Positions 38,369 through 51,503 of a DNA stretch of 64,000 nt are shown here, piece after piece (the first letter of the stretch is position 1; each line of letters opens with the position of its first letter). The position numbers and the translations under genes were made by a program. The DNA comes from Patellaria atrata CBS 101060 (taxonomy: Eukaryota): assembly GCA_010093705.1 (NCBI GenBank), contig MU006101.1, positions 471,614 through 535,613 of the forward strand, read 5' to 3'. Below the pieces are notes generated by a model that saw only the letters and a list, made by a program, of their open reading frames with translations, did not search any database and was not told where the DNA came from.

Positions 38369-38938
38369 GACGAATACTCTCGGGACTATGGAACAATCAA
38401 AAGATTGTATGTCAAAAGTCCGCCTGGGGATTATATATGGATGGTTTAAATCGAAGCCATAGTCAATGGACACGCTTTCCGATAATAAGGCTACGTGTTC
38501 GAGCATTGTTCTCCATGGAACACAAAATATATTAAAGACCCGTGACTTCTGGAGAAGATCAATTTGCTAAAAGACAGGAACCGGGTCGGTCATGTTCGAT
38601 TTTAATTAATACATCTGGGCATTCAGGCAATAACACACTACATTTCATCACAGAAACATCTCTCACGAGGAAAAAACGCTAGAACTCGGAGATAGAGAGT
38701 ATTATAATACTGAAGAGAGTGTATATAGGACAGAAAAACTTTAAACATATCCACCATCAGGAGAAGAGGAGAGTGATAATATAGAAGTGTGGTTAGGGTT
38801 TGAGGATTTGATGGAAAGGGAAACCTCTACGGCGGACTATAACAACCAAAAGCTCTAGAATTGTTCACATCTCATCTAGACATTAGCTTTGCAACTTTAG
38901 TGTTTGTAGAGATTCGTGAAATACTTACTATCTGATCA

Positions 38939-40511
38939 ATGGTTCTAGAGCTCCATATATGGGGTCCAGCATTCGGCCTCCCCTCCATTGACCCCGAATG
39001 CACCGCTACAGTTGCATACCTCAAACACTGTCTTCCAGAGGAACAATGGATACTTATAGCAGACCACGATCCTTCCGTATCTCCAAATAGTAAGACTCAG
39101 ATAGGATACAGAGAAGGAGAAGGAGAAATAGTCTGACGTATTTGCTCTTCTAGGAGAATTCCCCGCCCTCCTCCACAATTCCACCTGGATAGCTGGCTTC
39201 CACACCATAACTCGATACCTGCGCCAGCAGCTATATCGTGACATAGACGCAAGACTAAGCTCTCAACAGCGTGCAGACTCTATTGCGTAGGTTACAAAAT
39301 GTCGTGTCAAATTGGATCAATGTTACTAAGAGGTTCTATATAGTTTTTCGACCCTTCTTAGTCACTCCGCTCTTCCTCTCCTATCCCTATCCCTCTATAC
39401 CTCCTTCCAGAACTACTACCATATCACTCGACCTGCATTCACCTCAATACTGCCATGGCACGCCAACTATTCTGTACCTCCAGCTCGCCGTGAAGTTGCA
39501 AAAGCTGTGACTCAGCACTTTGGTTTCTCAGGCCTAGATATTGACGACGTTCACGAGTCTACTCTCGCTGGTGGAAACACTAGTATTAGCGGGAGTTATG
39601 AATCAGCGAAAGCAGTGGCGGGTATACCAACCGGTAACGGTACTAATTCTAGACCGAATGTGTTACCATTAGGATTCAATAAATCCATCAAAAAAATTCT
39701 AAACAAGCCGGAGTATGCTGCAAGGTTCCGCCTCGATGCACTCACAAAAGAGTGCCTACAACCCTTGGATGATCTACTGGGAGAGAAAAGTTACCTCCTC
39801 ACAGATGGTGCCAAGGGACCTTCCAGTCTAGATTGTCTAGCTTTTGGATACCTTAGCCTAATGCTCTACCCTGACTTCCCTCAGGCATGGCTCAGAGAAG
39901 GCTTCGATAAATATCCTCGCCTCCAAGACTACGTCCACAGAATGCGAGATGAACTCGTTGGCGGCAACACTGTAGTTGCAGATGTCATGGCTCTACAACA
40001 CTCCACTTCTCCAGAATCTCACAACCTGAACCTCCCATGGCACCCACGGGTACCTGAACACCCAATAGGCGTCGCTCAAAACGTCGCCACTTCCATCCTT
40101 TCTGCCCTTCCGCTGACTTCTCACTTCGCTCGACCCTCTATCATTCCTGGCATTGATGTTCCCGAAACCTCAACTGACGCTATGCGGGCCAACACTCCTT
40201 CCAGCCCTCTCCTTACCCCTTTCCTTGCACTCTCTACAATTCTGCTCGCTTTTGTTAGCAGCATATCATACCTTTCTCTCAACAGAGATCCCCGTTCTGA
40301 AGATGACTACGTCTTCTTCTCCAATACAGAAGCAGCGCGGCGAAATCGCGCGCAGAGCTTTGGCGAGGCTGGTGGATTCATGGCTGCGTTGGGAAATCAG
40401 ATGAGAGTGAATTCGGGGTTGGTTGGGGACCAGGGGCGAGAACAGGAGCGAGTAGGTGGAGCCCCGGTTGTGGAGGTTGATGTTGAGGTTAGGGAGAAGC
40501 CGGGACTGTAG
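38939..40511 (+). CDS. SAM37: Mitochondrial outer-membrane SAM complex subunit Sam37/metaxin
   Basis: Tom37/metaxin N-terminus MVLELHIWGPAFGLPSIDPECTATVAYL; GST-C-like PSSLDCLAFGYLSLML; C-terminal TM. Two introns splice in frame. Confidence 0.88.
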
Positions 40512-41018
40512 AACGGCTTCGGACTATGCGAATCACGAAATACTTCTGGACTATAAAGCTCAGAAGATCAGAAAGTAGGATCCGTATTGCTTTTTGTGTT
40601 GATTTGTTTGTAGATATGTTGTCTCTGGATACTCCTGTAAAAGTAGGGATTTCTCCTTGATTATGACATAATGAGCCACATATCATAAATTTTTGCCACT
40701 TATCCCTCCCCTTCTTCCTTGTGAATCCCTTTTCCTAGTCCAGTCTTAAGCATGAGAGTAATTGTGTGGACTTTACTTATTCTTTTGCAACTCTATATTC
40801 TCCAGTAGTTAGGTAGAAAATACATCACATTGACACTGAGTGTTAGCACTCGATCCGCTTCTGTTAGTCAAAACAACAAATCTCAACGACCTCGCAAGAG
40901 ATACATGGGTAGATGACAAAAAAATAATAACCCCATCCAGCCCTTGCAGCAAGTGAAGAATCAAAAGATAATAAAGTGGAAAACTAAATCGAGCAAGAAT
41001 AAATAAAAAAAAAAAAAG

Positions 41019-41195
41019 AAAAAAAGAGGCAAAACAGTTCCTACCCACTCCCCACGGGAAACCCCCATGGAGCGTTGGGGTACTTCTCTGCTTGAGGCAT
41101 TATCCCCCTTCTAAGGTTCGACCTCTGGACCAGTTGGCTCTAGCCTGATCGGTGTGGTAGGGATTTCCTACCACTAGGCCATAGATCACTGGGAT
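41019..41195 (-). ncRNA. Candidate structured non-coding RNA with Pol III-type signals (family not recognised)
   Basis: A-box TGGCCTAGTGG (41171-41181), B-box-like GGTCGAACC (41115-41123), upstream AATAAAT, and downstream T4/T7/T13 runs. Stems: CCAGT/ACTGG, GATC/GATC, GTGGTAGG/CCTACCAC, GGC-TAGA-GCC, and a long 3' hairpin (41042-41082) with G-U pairs on the minus strand. Confidence 0.55.
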
Positions 41196-41546
41196 ATAGA
41201 AAGAAGTCACAGTTCATTTATTGATACGCTGTAAATGGAAGGAACGTGTTTAGGGGGTAGCTTGGCGGAGTATATGTATCTTTTTTGTCCGTTTGACTGA
41301 AAGGACGTCATGTGGAAGCTTCTATTGGGGGACGAGACTCGATAGATTTGGTATTCAGGCTACGAAATAAGGGAAATCTTATTCATGGGAGATCTGGGTC
41401 TTTTATTTCTATGTCACTTGGGAGTCATGAACAAGTAATGTGTCTTATTTATTAACGTATGTCTTACAAAGTCCATCTCAGCGTCTGCATTTATATCCTA
41501 CATATGATACACAAGGAAGAGAAACCTTGTATCTAATCAGTCCATC

Positions 41547-44500
41547 CTATTCCATATCCTTAACTACCTCCTCACACCTTCCACACAGCGTCTCCTTCTT
41601 CTGCGCAACACGTCTCCAACACCTTGGACACTTCTCACCATGTGCCCGCATCACAACCACCACTCCATGTACTCCATTTACGACGAATTCCTTTTCGTAA
41701 TTCCAGAGGGGGATTCTCCTCCCCACACATTCTGACCCCGTCACGACCTGAACTGCACTGACAACAAAGATGCCCGCTAACTCTTCCTCCATGCGCTTGC
41801 ATAGCACCTCGGCCACTACCTCGCTTTCCTTCATTCTCGGTAGGAGGATCAAAACATCACTCTCCAACCCCCCACCCAACCCGTTCTCCGCTCTCGCCTC
41901 TTCCTGCAGCGCCTTGATCACTTTATCAACTTTCAACACAACATCTAACCTCTGTAGCACACTCTCTCCACCGTACTCAAAAGGGCGCCAGATGCTTCTC
42001 ATAGGATTCCACTCCTCTCCCTCTTCACTCTTCCTAGATACTTTGAGCTGCGGAGAGGCATGCTCCCACACCTCTTCGATGAGCAGAGGACACACGGGCG
42101 CGAGCATCTGAAGTAATTCGGTGAATACATGATAGAGAACGGTTTGTGCGGCAAGGCGGTCGGAAGTGGAACCAGTGTAGAGTCGGTCTTTTGCGGACTC
42201 GAAGTAGAATGCGGAAAGGGGACCTGCGAGGTATTTCTGCAGAGTCGTCGTGACTGTGGGGAAATTGTATGATTGATATGCTATATGGGTCGCTTGGGAT
42301 GCGTAGGCGAGCTGGGCGAGAGCGAGACGGTCGATGAGGAGTTTGGGCTCGGGGATGGAGGAAGATCCGAATGGCGATAGAGGGGCGTAGTCTGAAAGCA
42401 CTCCGAGGAGCCATTTGAAGGTGACGCGGTATTTGTGAAGAGCAGTATTGACGGCCTGGAGGACAGGTTGGCCGATTGCGACGTCGCGCGTGTAGTCGCT
42501 AGATGCGACCCAGAGACGCAGAGCATCTGCACCCATGGCATCGTAGACAGGTTTATTAGGATCGGCAGCGGGGGGTTTCCTTTTCCCTTTGCGTTCTTCG
42601 GTTTTGAGGGGTGGGAGTAAAGTTCCATTTATGATTTCATGGGGTGCGATTACGTTTCCCAAACTTTTGCTCATTTTGCGACCGTCTTGGTCGAGAGTGA
42701 AGCCGTGCGTAATGAGTGTTTTGAAAGGCGCTTTCATGGGCCCGCATGCTTTCGTTGTAGCTGCTTGATGCGCTATATGCGTCAATAACGATGACTGGAA
42801 CCAACCTCTATGCTGATCAGTCCCCTCAAGATAGACGTCCGCAAGTGCAGTGTCTTGCCTCTTTTCAAGGCCGGTCCAGCTCGTGCCGCTATCAAACCAT
42901 ACATCCATAGTATCTTTGCCACGAACATACGTTCCCTCCAAACCGGGAGCAACCCATGCGGGATCATCTTCGGCATCGGTCCACCAAGCATTGATTCCTC
43001 GCTCTTCGACCACTTTCATAACATGACTGATTGTATCAGCAGTCATGACAGCTTGGGGGCATTTAGTGTCGGTTCGATACAGCGCAGGAATAGGGACGCC
43101 CCAAGCTCTTTGACGAGAAACGCACCACTGACTCCGCGCTTGGATAAAGCTCTCTAACCTCGACCTACCAGTTTCAGGGATAAATGTTACATCTTCGAGT
43201 GCGTTCAATGCGTCATCTTTGATGGACTCAACGTCAGCAAACCACTGCTCTGTTGCTCTGACGATAACGGGCTGCTTAGTCCGCCAATCAACTGGGTATT
43301 TATGGGTGACTTCGTGGATATGGACAACTTGGTCCTCTAGACGATCTAGTACGGCTTTCGACCCATCTGTCTGAACGGATAAGCCTTTCAGTAGGTCTGG
43401 CTCATCAGGAAGAGCTAGTTCAGTAAAACAACCTTGGTCATCTACTGGAGCGAACGCAGGTATAGATAGCTTTGTACAGACGTTATAATCGTCCATGCCA
43501 TGCCCTGGTGCAAAGTGTACCAGTCCTGATCCTGAAGCGGACGACACAAAGTCCGCATGGATGATGGGCTGAGGGGTAGCAGATCTACCTTGAAGAGGAT
43601 TGATATACTTCGATTTTCCAGTTAGCAAGGATCCCGAAAATTCACCATGAACAACTCTGACGCTATCTTCCCCAAGGAGAGATCTCAGGTGTCCTATGCG
43701 TGAAGTAGCGACAATGACGTTTCTCTTTGGCCATCGCGCGGTTCTTCCTAATTTAAGGGTAACAATAGTATAGCTCATCGATTCATGAACAGCAATAGCT
43801 TTATTGGCTGGTAAAGTCCATGGCGTCGTCGTCCAGATGAGAGCAGACAGTGAGCCATCAGTATCCCCTTTGGTGATTGTTTCCGGCCACTCTGTCAACT
43901 CAAAGCTCACAAAAGCGGCAGTACTCTTGTGATTTTCATCGTACTCGAGCTCTGCCTCTGCAAGCGCCGTACCGGAAGACGGTGACCAGTATACCGGCTT
44001 ATACTGTCGGTATATCAAACCTGTAATCCATCAGTCTCTCTACAAAAGCCCCTTATAGTACCGTCGGACGAACCGCACCCTTCGCAACCATCTCTCTGAA
44101 GACTCCCAACTGCCTCATCTCAAACCCCTTCTCCATAGTCCTATACGCATTATCCCAGTCCCCAATAATGCCCCATTCCCTAAACCCCCTCTTCTGACTC
44201 TCCACCGTCTCCGCCGCCAATCGTCCCGCAGCCTCTCTAATCCTGACCGCTCTCTCCCTCCCGCTCTGGTCATCCAGCGCCTCTGTCAGCTTTCCCTCCT
44301 CCTTCATCTTTTGCACCGCCTTCACCTCAATAGGTAATCCATGGCAATCCCACCCAGGTACATACTCCACTCTCTTCCCCTGTCCCATCCAAAACCGACA
44401 CACCAAATCTTTCAGCACCTTATTCATCGCATGTCCAATGTGGAGTGGTCCATTGGCATACGGCGGGCCATCGTGCAGGACAAATTTCTCGGCATCGCGA

Positions 44501-44649
44501 CGATGGGTGTGTTGCCAAGCGTAGAGCTCGTCGGTGCATCGGTGGAGGAGCGGTGGATTGGGGAAAGAGGGCCGCGGGGGAAAGGAGGATTTGGGGAGCT
44601 TCAGGGTGCTAGAGTAGAGCGCGCGGAGGGGTAGGGAGGGTCGAGGCAT
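41547..44649 (-). CDS. ISM1: Mitochondrial isoleucyl-tRNA synthetase (bacterial type), 2 exons
   Basis: LHDGPPYANGPLHIGH, GWDCHGLPIE, WTTTPWTLP, EGTDQHRGWFQSSLL, KMSKS and the C-terminal zinc knuckle CPRCW...CGRC. Intron 44021-44078. Confidence 0.95.
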
Positions 44650-45090
44650 GCTATCATCGTGTGAATTGAATGGGGTATGGGTTTGGGCATTCAAGGGGAT
44701 TGTTTTTAGAGATGGAAATAGCAAAGAGCTTGGACTTTGAATGAATCGCGGAATTTGGCCGTCCGCCTTTCTGCTCGTAGGGTAACCGTCACCACAGTGC
44801 TATATGCGAAACCCGCGTAATGCAAACTGATAGCAGAGTTGTAGAACTAGATATTAGGTTTCCGCCTTATCATTTTTGATATAGTCGGAATTTCGAAACA
44901 TGGCCATTGTAATCTGATTTATAAGAAACATGTTCAACTGCTATCTTGGTTCAAAATTATTAAGCAGATTGAGATATGCTACCAAAAAGTCCTTTCTATA
45001 TGCGAGAGTAAAATGAAACTGGGTATATCACATACATGAAGCCACGACGAACTCCATCCTAATATAAAGAAAACAGGTACGCAGTGGACA

Positions 45091-46706
45091 TCAGTAAATC
45101 GTCAACCTACTAACCGCACCGTTCTTCATAACCTCAAAAACCATACCAGGAAACCCGAACAGTTCCGTATTGCCCAGGCCATGCTCCGTAGGATTCATTG
45201 CCTTCTTCTGCTCGCTGACATGCTCCTCGAACCCACCGAGCAATTCACAGCTGCTCCCTGGGCTATCACCCCACCCACGATTTACGACCATACCTCTTTG
45301 TAGCGATCGTTCTTCTTCTTCGCTGCCGTAGGTATGTTTATACACTTCTTTCAATCGCCCTGATATTTCGGTCCACGACATTTCACTAGTCAGAGGCTCG
45401 TTGTGTGGACCCGAGGGGACGTGCTCGAGTGTCCATCTGCATCTCCTATGTCTGTTAAATGGGTATGATCCAGGGATGTTTCCATGTAATATCACTTTGG
45501 TTACGGCGTGGAGGGCTTCGGACGGAACCCATGCTGGGTCATCCCACTCTCTTCTTGGAGCTGTTGGTGATTGAAGTGATGGAGGAGTTGCGTTTGAAAT
45601 TAAAAGATCAAAGCCGTGGTAGTAGTAGCAGTAGAAGTATTCATATGGCCCACCATTGACCCTTTCTCCCTCTTCCTCATCTGAGAGGTCCGTCCCGGTG
45701 TTTACCGAGGAGCTGTCAGTATCCGTGAAGTTATCTGGTACTATGGGATATCCGGTACTGTCCGAGCGCGTTCTCGATAACCCATTTGGCCGCTGACCTT
45801 TGTGGATCGTTAAACGCCTATCGGTCTTTCTGTGAATCGCATCTGGAGGACCAATGTCGAAGAGCAGGTCTTGCGTAGTCGTTCGACTTAAAAGTATCCA
45901 GACCGGGGGTGCATCTGGTCTCCTTAAAAGTTCGATATCTCCTGCACCATGAATCCTAACTAACTCTATCTCCTCTGGCTCTCTATCTCTACCTTTTTCG
46001 ATAATTGCGAGTGATCGAGGGTTTATAGGAGGATCCGTAAAGAGTGTTTCTCGAGCTAGTGGCCATGACTTTCCGTGGAAGACTGCCATTGCTGAAGCGG
46101 GTGAAGCTGCAGATGAAGATAGTAATGACACGAAATCTACCTTTGGTGACCACGCAGATGCCAATAGGGGAAAGCGGAAAGCGACGCCAGGGTACGAAAG
46201 AACATAGGTTCCTTTTGACTGGTCGGCGTCTTGCGAAGATGGTGGAATGAATTCCCCTGCGTATGTTACGCCCATAAGCTTGTAGTAAACATGCTTGAAG
46301 TTGGGTCCAGCGGTAGAGGATGCTTTTCCTAAGTGCTCATCCGCTGGATGTGGTGGTTTTGTGATCTCCATATCCTCGTGCTTCAAATATATCTTTGTGA
46401 AATCCATAACTTCAATAAGGCGTAACCTCTGATCAGGCCCATCGAAACGCAGTCGTAGGCCATTTCTAGGTAGGTTGACGCATATGGGAGTAGAGATAGG
46501 GGAGATATGATCATACAAGAGGCCTATAGAAGGATACGTGCGCGAGTCTTCTTTGATACGGGTAATGATTTCATGCAACGATGCACCAAGGACTAGATTT
46601 GTACATATCAGCGTACATCCGAACATATGGTATATAACTTACCCATGAAGCCTAAGCCTCTCCCGGGATATACTACAGTTGCCTCTTGTTCCATGACAAC
46701 AGCCAT
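45091..46706 (-). CDS. UPF0183/PHAF1 (C16orf70-like) protein
   Basis: VYPGRGLGFM|VLGASLHEII, NGLRLRFDGPDQRLRLIEV, YVLSYPGVAF, KVILHGNIPGSYPFNRHRRCRW, FGFPGMVFEVMKNG. Intron 46593-46642; start at 46706 or 46694. Confidence 0.85.
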
Positions 46707-47236
46707 CTAAACATAAGGTGGTAGGGAGGAAGGAAGAACAGGACAATATTGCCTAGTAAGCATAGGATCATATAAGTAGTCCGAGAGTGACCAAGTCCAC
46801 GGGACATGGGCACGAGGACTCAAAGTCCCGCGCCAGCTTAGGGCTTTCTCGTATTACAAGTTCGATAGCAATAAGGGCTTTGTATATAGTTTCAAGAAGA
46901 GTTACAGATTTTGTTGGAGATCTAAGTCATAAATACGTGCTAGATGTAAAGAAAGAGAGCGAGAAGGAGTTTTGGCGCTTTGATGATACCTCAGGCGCGT
47001 GGTATCTGACTGATATGGAGGTACCCCTCTGGAGGGGTGGTGGAAGCTTCACCTCAGCCGATAAGCGTGGCGTACCTTAGTGGCGTAGTGGCTCATCCCG
47101 GCTAGCTTCCGCTCGGTTCGGTTAGTGTTTGTTTACATTTGTCCACCCAACTATCAACAACACGAACCTTCTTCAGCTATACTATTGTCGCAACTCCCAC
47201 CAAGTTATTGTTTTCTTTTCATTTTTGGTTTTCATA

Positions 47237-50200
47237 ATGGCAAATAATTCCAGATCCGGATATCCACCTAAGAGGACGACATCTTCAATGCGACCCCCAG
47301 CAATGCGTCCACCAAATTCCCGCGCCCAAACCGCTACTCCCACGCTTAATGGTCGAACATCACCTACAGAGTCAATAATTTCTAGCGCTTCAAGATTACG
47401 ATCCCCAGCTTCGACTATTGGAGGAATAAAGAGAAAACAGCGGGATTTCGAGAATGATAGCGGTGTGGAAACCAATATCAATGTTGTGGTACGGTGTAGA
47501 GGTCGCAATGAGCGTGAAGTACGAGAAAACAGCGGCGTTGTTGTATCGACAAATGGTGTCAGAGGGGATCGTGTCGACTTATCAATGGGACCCAGTGCGC
47601 TAAGCAACAAGTCTTATAACTTCGACAAAGTCTTCTCTCCAGCAGCAGATCAGGGCATGATCTTCGACGAAGTCGTAGCGCCAATACTGGATGAGGTGAT
47701 ATCTTTCATACTAGCTCTCGATTTTGATCTGACAGATAATATAGGTCCTTGCGGGTTTCAACTGCACTATTTTCGCTTACGGACAGACTGGTACAGGAAA
47801 GACGTATACGATGTCAGGCGATATATCAGATAAACTACCGCTTTCTGACGCTGCTGGTATCATTCCTCGAGTGCTCCACTCGTTATTTACCAAGCTTGAG
47901 AACGACGAGAACGCAGAGAATTCGGTGAAATGCTCGTTCATTGAACTATACAATGAAGAATTACGGGATCTTCTGTCCCAAGACGATAATGTCAAGCTGA
48001 AAATATTTGACGACAATAGCCGAAGAGGCCACAGCACAACGATGGTCCAAGGAATGGAAGAATCACATATAAAGAACGCGTCAAAAGGGATTGAATTGCT
48101 TCGACTAGGAAGTCACAAGCGTCAGGTTGCCGCTACGAAATGTAACGACCTAAGCTCCCGAAGTCATACTGTTTTCACAGTTACTGTCTATACCAAACGG
48201 ACCTCAGATACCGGAGAGGATTTTGTGAGCGCTGGAAAACTAAATCTGGTGGATTTGGCCGGCAGCGAGAATATCCAGCGTAGTGGGGCAGAGAATAAAC
48301 GGGCAGCAGAAGCTGGGCTTATTAATAAGAGTTTACTTACTTTAGGTCGTGTTATCAACGCTCTTGTTGAGCGTGGGTCTCATATCCCTTACAGAGAATC
48401 GAAATTAACCCGGCTATTGCAGGACTCACTAGGTGGCCAGACGAAAACCTGTATTATTGCTACGTTATCTCCGGCGAAGAGCAATCTTGAGGAGACCATT
48501 TCAACGCTTGATTATGCATTTCGAGCGAAAAATATCCGGAATAAGCCACAGGTCAACCAAATGGTTTCGAAGAAAACGTTACTCAAGGAATTCACGGCTG
48601 AAATCGAGAAGCTCAAGAGCGAGCTCATTGCGACTCGACAGAGGAATGGCGTGTATTTGACACAAGAAAGTTACGAAGAGATTACTACTGAAAGCGAGTC
48701 ACGGCGCATCTTGAGTGAAGAGCAGAAGGATAAAATCGATACCATGGAGGTCAACCTACGGAATAAAGTAGAAGAGCTATTTTCTCTGACTTCGAACTTT
48801 AACACTTTGAAGAAGGACAACGAGGCCATAAAAGTCATGCTAGACGGTACGAAGAGTATCCTAGAGAAAACAGAGATACTTTTAGCGCATACCCGGAAGA
48901 ACTTGGCCGAGGAGACTGTGCTTCGAAAGGCCCATGAAAAGACGGAGGGGGAGCTGATCAATGTTGGTCATGATCTGATATCAACTTTAGGAAAGACGAC
49001 CTCAGACCTTGGCGGTTTACATTCAAAGTTGCGGCGCAGGTCTGATCTTCAATCGGTGAACCGACAACATTGGACGTCCTCGCAAACTCAGGTTTCCGAT
49101 GCTACCAACCTGGTCGAACGTCGTCTCGATAGCTTCAGAACCCAACAAGAAGAACTGATGGCAAATCTTTCAAATCGTATGCAAGCTTTTGTGCACGACG
49201 AATTGCAAAAGCTTGGGTCAAGCCAATCCTTCCTCCAAGAGAAAGCTGAAGCTTTTGAAGTGTCTGAGAAGGAAATTAACGCACAGACTACCCAGTCACA
49301 TGACAAGATGAACGAAGTCCTCGAAGAGATCAAGTCTTTAAGAGAAGATGTCAAACAGAAAGTCGGTGCTGGTTTAAATGACCTTTCTGCTGCTGCTCGG
49401 CGGATCTCAGCTGGAATCATTACCGAACTCGATTCTTTCCACACGCAGGTTCACTCATCTTACGCCTCCTTAGGGAAGGAGTTCCGTACCACCTTTGATG
49501 ATCTTACAAAAAAGCTGAACGAGCAACAATCTGAGGTAGAAAGACTGCGGCGAAACATTGTGAGTGCGGATCAGAATTTGATTGGTGCCACACAGTCTGC
49601 ATCTGAACGGCTTAAGGTCGTAGTTGAGGAGGAGAGAAAGAGAGCGGCGGATGAGCGTGTCACTCTGCTCCAACAGATCACGTCTCTTGTCAACGGTTCA
49701 GCGGAAGTTCAAGAGCAGAGACTAGCGAACAGTATCTCCGGCATCAGCCAAGAAGTTGTTGGTGCTACTGCATTATATAACGTCGAGCATGAGGCGTACA
49801 ACCATGACATGGACTCATGGACGGAAAAGTCCAAGGAAATTCTACAGGGAGTTTCAAACTCAAGGGACAATGTCAAGACTAAGATCAAAGCTGACTTCGC
49901 TGTACGTATCGCCGACTCTTATACATATCCGTAATTACTAACTTCCATAGGCGGCGAACGATCACACAACGTCTCTCAGAAATACGACAACCTCTGTCCA
50001 CGATGAGACGGTCAAAATCGTGTCAGAGCAGATGGCACACATGGACACGCAACTGCACTCTCTCGATGAGATTGTCTCTCGTGTGCGTGCTCAAAACGAA
50101 GCTCACCATGAAGCTCACACGAAGTCTCTCTCCGCTATGTCTGCGAATGTCCAGGCCTCCTACACAAGCATTGGTGATCACTTCTCGACATCATTTAAGC

Positions 50201-50841
50201 GGGTACAAGATCTCGACTCAGACATGACCTCCCGAACAGCAGAGCTCAAAGCCACACTCCCGAACCTAGGCGCCGACTCAGAAATCCGGGAACCACTCCG
50301 CAGTCTCCGCGAAGAGATCGAATCCCGCAATCTGGTCGAATACGCCCCTACAGGCGAAACACCTCAACGCGTCCAATACTCCTTCCCGACTACCCTTCCC
50401 CGCACAGAAGGCCACGACATCATCATCTCTAAGATGCGCGACCGCGCTCTCTCCTCTTCAGACAACATGCCCAGCCCCAGCAAATCGCCCAGCAAATCAC
50501 GCATCTTCACAGACGTGAAGTCGGATGATGAGGTTAGCCTCGTCAGACCGCGTCCTGGGAGTGCGGGCAGCGCTCCCTCCACTAGTCTGCGTGAGCTGGA
50601 TGCTAATGCGACTGCAGGTGCGCTTAACGATTCGGTGATGATGATGATGCCGCCGATGAAGAGGCAGAATACGGTCGGTGTTGGGATGGAGAAGGTGGAG
50701 AGTAAGCTCCCGATGAAGAAGGGGAGGATGACGGTTGCGGGATTGGGGGGACTTGGGGATAGGGAGAATTTGACGCCGAATTTTAGTGCCAGTGTGGGTC
50801 CTGGGACGGGGAGATCTTTGAGGAGTGGGAGGAGCCCTTGA
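47237..50841 (+). CDS. bimC: Kinesin-5 (BimC/Eg5/Cut7) mitotic motor, 3 exons
   Basis: NINVVVRCRGR, FAYGQTGTGKT (P-loop), NDLSSRSH, LNLVDLAGSE, HIPYRESKLTRLLQDSLGG, coiled-coil stalk and BimC box PTGETPQR. Introns ~47696-47743 and ~49902-49950. Confidence 0.96.
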
Positions 50842-51391
50842 GTATGGTTCTATCCCCTTTGCTGAGATGAGATTGTTGTGTGCTTTTGGTGTTTGTGGTT
50901 CATCTATTGCTACCTTATTGATCGGTGAGGGTTTGGTCGGCGCAGTTTTATACCTTATTTGTACTTGGTTTTGAGCGTGGGATGTATTTCCTCTTTGTCT
51001 TTATGGAGTGTCTTAGCACAATATATTTTGTTCTATTTCAACTCCGTTACTTCTCGAGTGGGATGGACAAGGAGCGTACCTTCCATGGTATCATTCGAAG
51101 CTAACTCAACTAACACCTCCAAAGATCTCGCAATGTCGTTTTACTGGATCAATATCCACTGGCACTTATATGAACTAAAGCCGAGAAGTCTCGATGGGAT
51201 CCGTTGACAGCTTTGACAGCATCTGTTACATTTGTCACAGCCCAGCGTTTACATCCACTGCAGCGGAAAATACATGTAATGTAGAGCCATAAGTACCTAC
51301 CGGCTCCTTTTGTCTTTGCTGTACAATACCTGAGGCCCTCCAAACTCGCACAGCTCCCCGCAAGCTATTCCCAGTGTACTCACCAAGCTGC

Positions 51392-51503
51392 CGTACTGTA
51401 CTGTGCCGTACTGTGCTGTACTGTGCTGTACTGTGCTGTACTGTGCTGTACTGTGCTGTACTGTGCTGTGCTGTGTGCTGTACTGTGCTGTGCTGTACTG
51501 TAC
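51392..51503. repeat. Microsatellite (TACTG/TGCTG)n, 10-bp unit TACTGTGCTG
   Basis: About 110 bp of tandem gtactgtgct units. Confidence 0.92.

Noticed and set aside
38791..38800. GGTTAGGGTT telomere-like 10-mer
   Set aside because: It is isolated in a short divergent promoter with no room for a TER transcript, and a 10-mer like this is expected by chance.
41085..41125. GAACCT...GGATAATGCC (minus strand) resembling the 3' half of a TPP riboswitch, and GCAGAGAAG resembling the U6 ACAGAGA box
   Set aside because: There is no CUGAGA pyrimidine-sensing motif and no thiamine gene context, and the rest of U6 is absent.
47075..47125. A-box-like TGGCGTAGTGG followed by GGTTCGG in the PHAF1/bimC divergent promoter
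   Set aside because: The spacing is too short, and no cloverleaf, acceptor stem or T-run is present, so it is not a tRNA.
51392..51503. Regular repeat array considered as CRISPR-like or as a coding repeat (ORF 51297-51569)
   Set aside because: It is a pure 5/10-bp microsatellite with no spacers, in a eukaryotic genome.
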